A stretch of 53,670 nucleotides of DNA, the filler included, from Bipalium vagum (lineage: Eukaryota), in the NCBI GenBank assembly GCA_037834085.1. It is 2 parts of 2 records of this genome, joined end to end, with 100 filler letters (N's around TTAATTAATTAA, not from the genome) between each part and the next. Parts side by side here need not be neighbours in the genome. Positions count along the whole stretch, not along the records: positions 1 to 31,507 come from JBBMKC010252420.1; positions 31,608 to 53,670 come from JBBMKC010227763.1. One strand, 5' to 3'. The position numbers and the translations under genes are program-made. Under the pieces are notes generated by a model, which saw only the letters and a list, made by a program, of their open reading frames with translations, did not search any database and was not told the origin of the DNA. Below are positions 25,261-38,595 of the stretch, piece by piece. Each line of letters begins with the position of its first letter. The stretch's first letter is position 1.

Positions 25261-26879
25261 AACATTTTTTACCTTACATAAAGTTTTCTGATGTTCTATA
25301 ATATTTTATCTAATAAATTTTTGCAAGTAGAATATAGTTTCAAATCTTAAACACATTTATTTTTAATAATTATATAATTTTTTATATTTTACAATTTATC
25401 ATTAAGCGTAAAGTTAAATTTCTTGTCTATCTTTTTATTGGTATTGTGGTTGAAAAGTGGACAGCTCTAAAATAAATTACATAATTAATTATTCAATTAC
25501 TCATTCTGTTTGATGACATTTCTCCGATTTTCTGGTAACCACATAATCATACATTCAGATTCACTGATTTAAAAATGATAATAATAAGGCTATAATTATT
25601 CTATTAGGCAATTATAAATAATGATATAATGAATCAGTTAAAATGATAGAAATGACTAAAAACTTAAGATTATTGGGTATAATTAATGGATATTAAATAA
25701 ATTAAGATATAAATGTTAATAATTCATTCTACGTCGAGAAAGTCAGGTAACATGTCTGATTGAAAGTCTGGTAAAATTATTAACGAAAGTCATCTAGGCT
25801 GCTTAGAAATATTCTAAAAAACTGATACTAAGATGACACAAAGTCTGATAAATACGATAGATGGATTAAAGCGTCATAGTGTAAGGTCAGAAGAGTATGG
25901 TGGATTGACTAAAACGGTTAATTCATGAGGTACCTTGAATCGAGCTTGCTAACCATTCTAAGTTTGTGCAATCATATGGATACTTTTGATACTATTTCAA
26001 GATGCCCATCACTTTCGATTAGCCTTAATAAATCCATGTCAGAAGTGCCAATCTGTCTCCCATACGTGGAACATTACCAAGATCAATATTTTTTAAATTT
26101 TAAAATCACTTTCGAGTCGTGGAAATATCAGCGGATTCTTCACTGTACACGTCGCAAATCTTCTTTGTCATTTGGGCAGTATTTTTCTCCTTGCGAAAGA
26201 AAAACAGAATTAAGTTTCGAAAATGCACGTTATCTTCAGTCATTTAACTTGTTTGTAATTTTTCAAAACCCGCGATTTTTCAGGAAACTAATTTAAATAA
26301 ACAATAGCAACAGTTAATATATGAGATTATATATTTAAGAGACTTTTATATCATAAGCTAGTGTAAATAACAGAATGAGATAAAAACAGGACGAATTTAA
26401 TCACCAACAGTTTAATATCTAAAAAAGATGAGTTGATAAAAAAGTCATAACTCACTTCCCAAAAGGTAAACTTTTAATAGTATTTTTTAGCAAATATTAT
26501 TTTATTTTTATTATTTTTAGCACTTTATTTACTAACCTTCAGTTATCAATCTTCAAATTTTTGATATCTGTACGAAATATTATTCAGGGTCTTTTGAGTC
26601 AAAGAACTGTTTATATCGTACTTCTTCATCGAACGACACGGATAGACATCGTGTATAAAGTGATATTTTGAACTGAAAAGATCATAATAGATGGGAATCC
26701 CAGATCTTTTATTGAATTTGGAACAGATCCTCGGACTTCATTTTAGTTGTTTTCGCTAATATCTACTAGATGTACAGAAAAATAATGTGGATTTATTTAA
26801 ATCGATTCTCTAATATAAATGGTATATGGTAATATAATTTTGATTTCTTATCTAATCCACTTTTTTAAATAATCAATAT

Positions 26880-27963
26880 TTATTGGAGTAATTATACAAT
26901 TTTTAATTAAATTTCAATATAATCAATATTTGTAAGATCTAAACATGTCAACATTCACCATAGGAAAATGTCATTTGCGGAAAATTCTTATTCATTATTT
27001 AAAACGAACAGAAGTGCTGGATACGGCTATCAGATACTTTTTGAGGTTTATAAAAAACTTGTATTATTTCTGGATATATTTGAGTGTTGATGTAAACGCT
27101 ACAGAAATAACGATTTTACTGTGAAGAACAAACAAAATAAAAATTATTGGATGAAGATACATGACTGTTTCAAAAATAACTTGTCATATTATTACTCGAT
27201 AGACAATAAATGCACGATTATATGATATGCTCAAGATTTTTTAAGGAAGAAAAATAAGTGCCTTTTCAACGAGATGAAAGATAACTGGATAATCTGGAAT
27301 GCTAAGTTAAAGGATGTTATAAGAAAAAAGGTCTTCCATCGAATTTTGACAGTAGATGAAAAGTGGATTTTTTTTGAAAATCTCAAAGGCACAAAAGGCA
27401 CCCAGGTCAAACTTCAAAACAGACTACAAAACCAAATGGCTTTGGAAAGAAAACAATGCTGTGTCTAATGAGATCAAATAGGTGTAATGTTCCACGAGGT
27501 TCTCAAACAAAATGAAACTAAGCACGATCAAGACCAATTATTCCAAGTGAATCAGCTTTTAATTGCTAAATGTCCAAAATGAAGATAAAGACGTGGAAAA
27601 ATAATTTTGCTCCGTCATACACTTCTAAAGTTAAAAGCATTTTTAAAATATGATCAGGAAATATTCATCTACTTACAGTTTTCACCAGATCATTCTCCTT
27701 AAGATTTCTATCTGTTCCATTCAGTGATACACAGACTTTCTGAGCAAGCACGTCAGAACGTAAAAAGCTGCCTAAAATGAGTCTCTGGGTGATACGCCTC
27801 AAAACCAGAGAGGTTCTTTTGGTATGGTGTCGATAAATTAATTTTTAAAATGTTAAATGTGTCTTCCAAATGGCCATTTCTTTGAATAAATTTTTTTGTG
27901 TATCTTATGAAATTATCGTGCTTTTGTTATTAAAAATTCTGCATTATTTATATGCACACCTAT
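26880..27963 (+). mobile_element. Decayed mariner element
   Basis: HRILTVDEKWIFFEN and FSPDHSP*DFYLF motifs. Confidence 0.85.
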
Positions 27964-28249
27964 TAAATGAATTTTATCAACGAAGAATTCTTTATTATAG
28001 TCTCATTCTAAAATAAATTACTACACTTCATAGATCATCAAGAATTTACAACTTCTCAATGGAACTTTCTAATTTTTGTTTTAATTCTAAGGTTTAGGAC
28101 TAATAGAAACTGAAATACAACTCGAGTTTGCCCAACTAGAGAAATCGATTATTAGGATTGGTAAATAATGAATATTGTTTTCGACATAGTTGAATTTTAC
28201 CATGAAATATTTGTTTAAGTGCTTCCACAAACGGTATCCGAACGAATTG

Positions 28250-28760
28250 AAAGAAAAAGAAAAAATTCTCATTATGAAGTGATGTCGGCACTAATAATTA
28301 GTAACAAAAGCGACCCGTTTCTCGCTAACAATTTCACGTGTGATGAGAAATAGATTCTTCAGGAGAACCAACGAGAATCACCTCAGTGGTTAGACCAAGA
28401 TTAGTCACCAGAACACTTTCACAAACTGAAACTGCGTGAAGAACTGATGTTGATCGTTTGGTTGTTACAATTTGTCCGATTCATCATAGTTTCTTGAAAT
28501 CAAACAAGACAATTACGGCGAATAAATACGTTCGGGAAATTGAGAAATGCATTAAGTACTTCAGAGAATGTGATCAACGTGGATCTTCAGAAATTACGGG
28601 TTTATTATGAAACTCTTTAAAGAATACAGTGACTTATGTCGATAAATGGTTTCCATTCAACAATCTATGTTATCACAATCAGCGACTGCCTCCAGATAAA
28701 GCTTCCATTTCAATATCAGGAAATCACTTCTTCAAAAATTAGATCGCTTTCTGTTTTGAG
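28250..28760 (+). mobile_element. Mariner catalytic-domain relic
   Basis: TCDEK*I...QWLDQD, IHHSFLKSNKTITANKY and HFFK motifs. Confidence 0.7.
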
Positions 28761-31195
28761 ACCGATGACCCATGATTCTCTCGGAATTGTTAGAAGAAGA
28801 AAAGACCTTAAACACGAAAAAGTAAAAAATGTTGTATATATTTTTCTTAAAATTAATATAATACAAAAGCTCTGTTATAGTAGAATTCTTGATCGGCATG
28901 GAAATTGCAACAGCGTAAAGTAAGGAAGCAATTAGTTTGATGAAACTAATATGCAATTCTTATTAGATCAGTTATACAGATAGACTTAAGAGTGTACTTG
29001 CTTAGCAACGGTGAAATTGAACACTAAAATTATCGAGCATCATTTAGTTTGATATCTTCAAATTTTCTTATATTATGTTATAATTTACTAAATGATTTTT
29101 ATTTCTGACTTAATGCGATCCACTTTGTATTTTTTTTCATTTTATTCTTCTTAAAAACCAAAATTAAAATTAATTGTAATAATATACTTTATAAATCGAC
29201 TAATTGGTGTCTCTACATTTGGTCCTTGATAAAACCTAAAATGATCTTAGACACTTGTTAATTATCAACTTGTTTGTATGATTATGAAAATTTCGTTAAT
29301 TTAGATTTTTTGTAATTTAACTTCTGTTTTACGCAATAAAATTTCTTTTAAAATATTTAATTTTTCAATGGTTACGTACAGTTTAGACTGTCATCACTTG
29401 AAGATCAAACATAAAAAATATAATTTTTCAGTTTGTTTATTAAAAATTAAAAATATTTTCATTTGATTAAAAATTATTTATTCAATATTATTTTTTTCAT
29501 TTGTATTATTTTCTGGTTTTTATGAAATAATATTTGAAAAACGGTTATTAAAGATTCTTTATAATATGATAAATAACCTATTTGTTAAATTAATGTTATT
29601 TATTAATGTAGGCATTCCAGTTAATTAGGTTGATGAATTAAAATAAATTCTACGTCATTTTCATTGGTCAGTAAGTATGACCTTCTGATTTGTCTTCAGT
29701 GACGTGATTCCGAGACATGGGATGATTTCGCTGTCTGATTCCGTAATTATCATTATATGAAATATTTCAATCTAATAAGATAATAGTCATTAAATTGCGA
29801 CTTGTCTGGGTTTTAATAGTAACTTTCTTAATTAGTTTTATAAATATTTATTAATTTATATTTGAAATTTTACGCAACATAATTGTATAAAAGATTTCAA
29901 ATACAATTTTATTTTAATAATAAGAGTAAATTTTGAAGCTCGGGTTAGGTACAAAAGTCAGATTCAAAATATTAATTTCGATAAGTATTAATTATCGTGA
30001 AGAACTTTTCAGAATTAATGGAAATATGTAACACTAGCTGAAGCTCGCTCAAAACAAAAATGATGTTTTATTTAAGATTTCGTTTTTTATTGAGTTTTCT
30101 TCTCCATTACTGTATCAATTATAAATTTAAAAAATTATTTAAAGATGTTGAAATTTCTTTATTATTTTATTGAATTATTTGTGTTTTTATTGATCGAAGA
30201 TATTATGACAGTTGTTAGTTCTGACTTTGTATTTCATAAAAAGATTAAAAATTTGAGAAAAAGGAAGACATTTTTAAAATTTTATTCAAAATCAATATTT
30301 CTGTTTTTATTATTAAATTCCAACAGCTCTAGGTTTGAAGGCTTACTAAAGTAACAAAATTTAACGAGATCAACAAAGATTTATGCATTCAAAATCCACT
30401 AAAATTAATTATATGGAATTATACCATATTGTCTTAACCAAGTATTCTCAGTAGAACAACAGTCTTACCTCTAAATAAGAAGAATATACGGAAATATAAA
30501 AAAGACTTAATTTGTTAGTTTTATAACGAGTACTCGGAATTCAAACTTTGAGTTGCTATCTTTCCGCCACAAATAGTTTATGTTAAAGAAAGAAAAAAAT
30601 CGATAATCAAACTTCATTGACACAAAGGTAATACAATCGTCGAATGTCACATAATAACCAATTCAAATATATAAACAGTTATTGGAAACCACTACAAAAA
30701 CAAATCAATAATCGAATGTCAAATAATTGTATCAATAATAAAATTTCAAAAAACTATATCAACGAGAATCAGTAATGGAACGAATGTTATCAATAAATAA
30801 CAATAAGATAAAAAAAATAAAAAGAAGCACAAAAAATTAATGAACGATTTCAAGCAACCCTTGGGTCATCAATTTGTTACGCTATTAAAAACTATGAACG
30901 CTGTCGTGACACTTAGCTCGTAAAATTTACTGACCCCTTCACTTTTTCCAAAACGTGTATGCAAATGAATGAATCAAAGCAACTATGACTAACACTTTTT
31001 TAACAAAGTATCAACAACAATGCATCAGATAATCAAATCCATAACAATGTGTTGGGTTTCTGGAGTAATTATAATGGTAATGATAATAATGGGAATAATA
31101 ATACGAATAATAAGTTTTAAATATTAGTAATAATTTTTTTATTATTAATAATAATAATTTTTTTTATAATAATAATTTTTTTGTCATTTTCCTAA

Positions 31196-31506
31196 TGACA
31201 GAATCCCGCAGTGGGATTATATATTTTTTTGATCAGGCTAATGGATTTCCTGACGAGATCCATTAGCCTCGCGAGTATGGAGACTATCTCGGCGTGGAGA
31301 TAGTGGGAAGCAATAGTCGTCTCCGAGTAGGGATTGGTGTTCGTAGACCAATCCCTACGCCTATAAAAGGAGATTTATACGGGTATTCCCGTTGATTGCC
31401 AGACAGCATCCAGAAATTATCGAAAGTATTCAGATTCAGTACGTCAATAATCAGTGATTATGCAGCCGGATTTATTCGCAGTTATGCCGTCGGATTTTTG
31501 CAAGGG
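31196..31506 (+). mobile_element. GC-rich, hairpin-packed segment with TATA box; probable 5' part of an LTR, truncated by the gap
   Basis: Abrupt GC rise starting TGACA; four stem-loops followed by CCTATAAAAGG (31360-31370); runs into the assembly gap. Confidence 0.45.
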
Positions 31507-31507
31507 G

Positions 31508-31607
31508 NNNNNNNNNNNNNNNNNNNNNNNNNNNNNNNNNNNNNNNNNNNNTTAATTAATTAANNNNNNNNNNNNNNNNNNNNNNNNNNNNNNNNNNNNN
31601 NNNNNNN
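31508..31607. other. Assembly gap with artificial six-frame-stop linker TTAATTAATTAA
   Basis: N-run, TTAATTAATTAA, N-run: a synthetic contig spacer, so the two sides may not be truly adjacent. Confidence 0.95.

Positions 31608-31675
<68 letters not shown>
31608..31675. repeat. (TAT)n microsatellite
   Basis: Perfect trinucleotide run at the gap edge. Confidence 0.95.
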
Positions 31676-31677
<2 letters not shown>

Positions 31678-31949
31678 TTTAATTTTTACAATATTCTTTC
31701 TTCTGTAAAATAATAATCAATTTATTCTTCCTAAAAGATATTTCTCTTGACATAGGTAAAAATACTTGAAATAGCTGAAAGTAAAATTGGCCTGTAAAAA
31801 CTGTTTCCAGAATGTCTATTAGCTTGCTTTTTTCATTCCAATATTATCGACTTAATTTAAAACGAAAAGTTTTAAATTATCAATTCAATATTCATAATTA
31901 TAATCGATATGCTTAGTTTGAATTACTAAAATTAAGAAACTGCCTTTCG

Positions 31950-32860
31950 ACATATATTATTATATTATTACCAAAACCATTAAAATGCTGCATAACCCAG
32001 AAGAAACTTTTGTTTCGTGTTTAAAGGGGATTTGAAAAGACTTTCGAGATTTTTAGGACTTTCACTTTCTAGATGGTCAATCAAAGCTGATGATGAAATG
32101 AAAACCGCAATTAGTGAAAATAGGTATTTGACAACTTTGGAAATTGGAAAAACATTGAATTTGATGAATTTCTAACTTTTCATTGCATGTTTCACACAGA
32201 ATATATATTTATAGCATTGAGATCTGCGATTTATTTTTGAATTATGATCCGGAAATTTAATAGGAGTCTTTCAAATTTACTTTGAAATATCATCTTTTGT
32301 TGTGAAATATAGCTTTATTTTTACAACTCTCACAGTAACAACTCAAACGATCTACAATTTAAGTATTTAAACGTGAATCCAAATCAACAAAAGTTATTCG
32401 GTCCCGCAAAGCTGTAAATAAAACGATTGCCTGTTTCTTGGGTTTAAGAGGACATATGACAATATAACTTTAGAAAATCCAAGAACTCTTAATGCTGGAT
32501 TATATACAACAGTTTGTTTATCATAGCTGATTTCCAACATTAGAGGAAGCCTTAAAAATTGACAAATTAAATTTTTCTTGATGTTAACATCAGTTCTCAT
32601 GTGTCCGGTGAAACCATCACTTTTGCAGAAACTAAAAATGTAGAATTAATGATACATATTCCGTTTTCTCCTAACTTATAATCTTGTGACTTGTTTTTGT
32701 TCTCAACCTTTAATGATAAATTACATGATGAGCGCTTTTCGTAGCGTGAAGCAGCTATTGAAAATTTTGAGGTATTGGTATCTGAAATGCCAACTTCAGA
32801 ATAGAAAAAATGTTTCCAGAATTGGGTCGGTCTCGTAAAAATGTCGACTTAAACAATTAT
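31950..32860 (+). mobile_element. Mariner fragments
   Basis: WFKG...DLK-like N-terminal relic and HIPFSPNL*SCDLFLF...KKCFQNW C-terminus. Confidence 0.7.
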
Positions 32861-33218
32861 TTTGAAATTATTTCTTTGTTTTGTTTTTTATTTTACAAGA
32901 TACCGCTAACTTTCTCAGTAATTGAACTAGTTTTCTGAAATTTTATGACTGTTAGATTTAGGTATGCTAAATAATTCATAAATCTTTTCAATTTATAAAA
33001 CAAATTTAGTGTTTTCCTAAATCATTACAACTTACATATATAGATATCTTTCATAAATGTATTTTCATTTTTTCAATTAATTTTAAAAGCCCGGTTGTTG
33101 AGAAGTGAATAATTTCATTGAAGTATGTTTAACATCTCTAAGACTTTTCTGGTGATTTTTTAAATTTTCTTGGACATATTGAAAATAGGGCAATACTCCC
33201 AAATTGAAATCATGTATA

Positions 33219-34402
33219 GGTTTTCAAATAATTGGCTAAATATAATAGTCGTCAAGCATTTTCGTCCTAATCAAGTAATTTGATATATTATTTACCTAAA
33301 ATTGATTTAATTTTGAATTAATAAATTTTCAAAAAATTATAGATAAATATATATACTGTTGGTTTGCTTGTTATACCAATTCAAACAAGGTAAAATGGTC
33401 GCTAAATCACATCACAATTTTTGTCAAGTATCCGGAGATAATGTTCCAGTATTACTCTAATGTCAGGAATGATTTCGGCGTTTGCAAGATGGTGATAAAA
33501 GTCTTGAAGACGAAAAACATCAACATCGTCCTCACTTTGTGGATAACGAAGTACTAAGGGAAACCATCAAGTTGGATACCTGTCGAACTACTTGTGAGCA
33601 TGAATAAAAGTTTGATTACACTCATAGTACTATTTAAAATCACCTGTACGCAATCGATAAAATAAAAAAATGGAAGATGGATTCAGCACTAACTTAGCAA
33701 TCACAACAAAACGTTACGAGTAACCAATACTGGAATTTTTCTTCGCAAAGCTAAGAACAGCTGTTTCCTTGACTTTATTGTAATGTCAGATGATAAATGG
33801 ATATCATGCAATAATATGACAAGAAAATGACAGTGATTAGACGTTGGTGAGCAACCAAAACCGGCTCAAAATCCAAATATTCATGGATTTAAGAAAGTGT
33901 ATGGTAGAACAGAAAAGGTTTGGTATATTTTGAGCTGCTATTAAGTGTTAGACGGTTAATACAGAACTATAAGCAAAGTAACTCAACCATGTGGATCAAA
34001 TTTTGCTCCGTTAAGCTATAAATACCTCTAAAATAAAAATTTTCCATGACTACGCTAGCTCGCACATTGCAAAGTTCACACAGCAAAAATCAAGGAACGT
34101 GGCTGCACAGTGCCATATAGTCCAGACATAACTCCACCAAATTACCATCTATTCAGATCGATACAGCATTCCTTAGAGAATAAAACATTCACAAACAACA
34201 AAGAGGTCAAAATGTAAGTGTCACAGTTCTCTGAATCACAGCCAGAAGATTTTTATAAAAAGGACATTTATCTTTGTTTCAATGATTGCATCGAGTTATT
34301 GGCAATAATGGAGAATATCTTTTGGATTGAACCTTTTTTATTGCTGTTTCAGAAATAGATTTTATTTTCATAAAAAACGACTTTTAAACTTTGTCAACCT
34401 AA
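33219..34402 (+). mobile_element. Decayed near-full-length mariner element
   Basis: SLEDEKH..RP, IVMSDDKWI, FHDYASSH and YSPDITPPNYHLFRS motifs; ends ...tcaacctaaTA. Confidence 0.88.
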
Positions 34403-34699
34403 TATCTTGTAAAAGTTTTTCCTAAACGTGTATTCAATTTCTATACATTTTCCATAATAAATCATGGAAATATTTTATTCTGGCCGAGTAGTCGTTGGAA
34501 AGCTTATGTACGAAATATAATACCAAAAGATATTGAAAATCTTGAAATTTAAAAACCAAATTAATCTTAACACTTAGATCACTTCATCTTTTATTAAAAA
34601 TAGAAATAAATGTATTTAAACTCTTTTTTTTGTTTTGACACTTAAATAATTGATTACTTATGGGTACTCCTAATATATATCCATCCTGTCAGAATTAGA

Positions 34700-35230
34700 T
34701 TTAATCTGGTTTCAATAATTAAAAGACCAAATGGAGAGAGTAGTGATGAGAACAAGGAACATGTTTACCGCTGGAAATGCTGTACGGAGATATTGGATTG
34801 CCTCAACCACATTAGCCAGATATGCATCATTTACACTGAAAGAAACGAAATATTCACTGTTAGAATAACGAAGGATCAATTTTACTGAAACCAGATATTG
34901 CGGCAACTTAAATCTGACATAAGCATCTAGTACTGAACCTTCAAATTGTCAGCGATCCAGAATTCTAGATCTTTGCATAGTGAACGAGATCAAGAAGCGA
35001 AAGGAAGACATCCAAGAGATCAGAAATTACTTGGATCCAAGAATTGTCAAAGTTCTTGGTGCTAAGAGTTGTGAAAACTTTTGAAGACCACTGGATTTCA
35101 ATTAGACAATGTTAAGATAATAACTCTACGCTCATTAGAAGGCTCCACTGATATGATCCAGTAAAGAATCCTAAAACTTAATCTTGTAAAATGAATACTG
35201 TGGATATTACCTGTAGCCAGCACCCAAGTT
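34700..35230 (+). mobile_element. Possible decayed retroelement coding fragment (unclassified)
   Basis: Coding-like, purine-rich, stop-interrupted stretch with no diagnostic motif. Confidence 0.2.
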
Positions 35231-35769
35231 TATAAAAAGACATTTTTTGTTAAGATTTTGATAATGAATCTCATTTCCACTTTCTTATCTGTCTTTTAAA
35301 ATAAATATACTCTGTGGAAATGAATATTTTTTTTATTAATTTAAATAAAAAATACCTGTTCTATTACTCTCTGGGTCATGTTTACAGTTTCAAAATTAAT
35401 TAAAGATGTTTTTGAAAACTATTTTTTTAGAAGTTAAAACAGCCTTTCACAATTCATTTCATAAACATTCATAATGACTTTGTCTTAGGTTTGTCAAAGC
35501 TCTGAATCTTAGAGACCACTCTTGGATATTTTTATGTATGCTGACCATATATGAAAAAATCCTTCCTGCTATTTAGTATACAGCTCTATAATTTTGATTT
35601 TTAGATATTAGGATGTCTAAGATAAATATACCGGTTATATCAAAACCGAGGAATTAAAATTGTTGTCAGTCAACTTTGCATGAAAATATAGATTTTTTAA
35701 AATATCTATATATTTTTGGAAACAGAATAAAACCAGGTTTTGTTTAAATGAACATTAGATGAAAAATAT

Positions 35770-36100
35770 TTTAAATTTAGGCAAGAAGCTAGATTTGAAA
35801 ATTGACTTAATTCGATGTTATTATGGCAATGGAAATTCTACTAAAACTGTAATTAGGAAATCAAAGGCCAAAGAAATTTAATTAAGAGCCCATGTACATG
35901 TTTGGGATTATCAAAATTTGTGAAGAATTTTGAGGAAACTAGAAAAACGAATAAAAGAAGAATTTTCCCATTTTACTACCAAAGAGTTGCAACTGCAATA
36001 TTGGCCTTCCCACGAATAATTGAGTTTATGTTATCTGTTAAAGGAAATCATTTCGAGAACATAATGTAGGGAAAACTACTGTATTTCATTTACTGTATGT
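35770..36100 (+). mobile_element. Tc1/mariner N-terminal relic
   Basis: LIRCYYGNGNS...KFVKNFEET resembles the HTH region of the rosa-like elements in this window. Confidence 0.5.
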
Positions 36101-37060
36101 TATTTTTCATTAATAATATAAAATTTTTGTCCATTTTAGTCTTCAGCTATATTTCTTTCTAGGTTTTAATACGACAGATATAATATAATATTTAAGAAAA
36201 TAAATAAATGTTTAATTAAAACTAATTTTGTTTAAATGTTGTTAGAATTTTTAAATAAAAATAGGAACGATTAAGACTAAGACAGTTGAAATTTAAATGA
36301 ATATAATTAATTACCCCAAAATACGAAGAATTGAATGTTTTTCCAGGACATTAATACTTTTTACAATGTTAAACCACCCTCATTAAAGCATGGAAGTATT
36401 TGTAACATATTTTTATTAAATTTGGGGGAAATTATTCTGCTAAATGGATTTCATATCCACAAAATGATGAGAAGAGGCAAAGTGCAAGAAATCGAGGAGA
36501 AAACTATCACTTTACAGACCGGAGCGTTTGTGAAGGCAATAACGAAATTTTGATTTATGAAGTTCTCGCGTTGCAAGGCCAACAGTCAATTAATCAAACG
36601 TCTCAGAGCCCGTGTTCAGGACACATAAATTTCCCATTTCGAGATGTATTCATATTGGGGGGACAAGGCGCGCAAATTGTTCAATATAAATATTGTCTTA
36701 CGAAAAACCACTGGGCAATAAATTGTCACTTTTATTATATTGTCAGCTTTGGCCTGTGACAAGCTGTATTCGACAGTTCGTAAAAATCATAATTATCCTT
36801 CGAAGTTGTCTCCGTTCTATAATAAAAACCTGGAGATTCCATAATCATATTTTCTGCCTCATGTAAATCAATTTCTGGGATAAATGGTGTCATTCTGAGG
36901 AAATAAAAGTGCTTCCTTTTTACACTAAAATATTTTTATGTCGCAACACTGCCTTTCATTTCGACAGTATTATTAAGGGAGCCTGGTTCAAAGAGTGAAA
37001 CTCATTTTAAAATATACTGTAAGGTTAGAATACTTCAGAATTGAAGTGTGACCTGCGTCT

Positions 37061-37112
37061 GTAATCGTCTTTATAGAAATCTTCGCACGTAATCGTCTTT
37101 ATAGAAATCTTC
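37061..37112. repeat. Perfect 24-bp direct duplication
   Basis: gtaatcgtctttatagaaatcttc at 37061-37084 and 37089-37112, separated by gcac. Confidence 0.9.
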
Positions 37113-38595
37113 TAATGGCAATGTTTTCTGAGGGGCGAAAATCTACTGAAATCCCTTAGCTTATATAGTATTCGGGACAGATCTTCATCTGGGAAATATT
37201 CTTCAGATACTCTCAAAATTATACTTGAAATTCTAAAAATTCTATCAATATTCCAAAACTTCCTAAGAATTCCCTAAAAATTATTTCATTATGACCCTTA
37301 TTCTTTATTAAAATACCTCTTTCAGGCTTTTTAAAAATATAAATTATTTTTCAAGGATTATCTTATTTTTAAAGTATTTTCAAAATAAAATTCCTGGGAA
37401 ATTTTCAATTACTTTTCTAGTATTAATTAATTTTAATTATTAATATTATTATCATTATCATTATTAGTATTTATACCTTATTTATAGTTTTTATTACTTG
37501 TTTTTCCCAGGGGGGGATGTCTTGGGTAACCCAACAATATTATAATTAATATTCATTATGAATTTTTAAAAATATTTTCTTAATAATATTTATTTATTTA
37601 CTTTTACTTTATATTATAAAAAAGAATAAATAAAAATATGTAACAGCTGTGAATAAAATCAATTAATTGATTATTAATCATAAATAAAAAAATTCAAAAA
37701 TTCACTATTTTTCAATATATAAACTAATAATAATATTGATTTAATTAAAATTGATTTAATTAATTTATTTTTCCGTGTCCATAATTACAATTGGTCTCGG
37801 AGTCGTTGAATGGTATTGTCGTTCTCACTTTATTTATTATTATATTCATTTGCCATGATTTCCGACGACGAAATGTAGTACCAAAGTGCTTTTCGATTTC
37901 ATGATAAAATAATATTATTTTAACAATTGCATTCCTTCAAGCGAGAAAGACTTCAGAATTTGTTCTTGTACGGCTGTGAACCATCAGATTTTTTCCGTAA
38001 TTTTGCACAGGGAAATTCTTTTGCAGACAATTGATTACTTAAGAAAGGTAAATATGGGGGCGATAAATCAAAACCGAATCGGTTTTATCTTTGCCTCGAT
38101 CGTAAAAAGTGGCAATTATAAGCAGCAGCATTTGATAAATGGGCTGAGGTATAAACAATAAATTATAGTTGAATGTGTGGACATTCTCGGAATATATTAG
38201 TTAAAATACATATTAAAATTTTATTTAATTACCGAAAATTGAAGAGAATTTCCATTAATAATTTTCTTCCATCTCTAATTACGTTTTAATTAGTCAGAAA
38301 TAATTTTCCAATAATTTATTAATAATTATTATGTTCCAATAATTTTTTTTACAAATAATAAATTATAAATAATTTATATTTGTTAAAAAATTAATAAAAT
38401 ATTCAGTATTCAATAAAATTTTAACAAAGACAAATTTTTTATATTGAAAAATAATTTTTCTTTTTCTAAAATTTAAATATAAAAAAAATTATAATAAAAT
38501 AATAATCGGGGGTCCAAAATATTAAAATCAACAAAAAATCGAAATTTTATTATTATATTAATCGAAAAAGAAGAAGGTGCCACTTTATTTATCTA

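Noticed and set aside
25925-26296. 123-aa ORF
   Set aside because: No recognisable motif or splice support; probably chance or decayed repeat.
28732-28956. ORF with a signal-peptide-like start (MHISFIKLIASLLYAVAIS)
   Set aside because: Abuts a mariner relic on the opposite strand, has no recognisable domain, and spliced versions end quickly.
31250-31310. CTGACGA resembling a hammerhead ribozyme core (CUGANGA)
   Set aside because: No GAAA after a stem II, and the motif lies at the loop of a 15-bp hairpin.
31552-31563. TTAATTAATTAA palindrome as a biological site
   Set aside because: Synthetic spacer inside the N gap.
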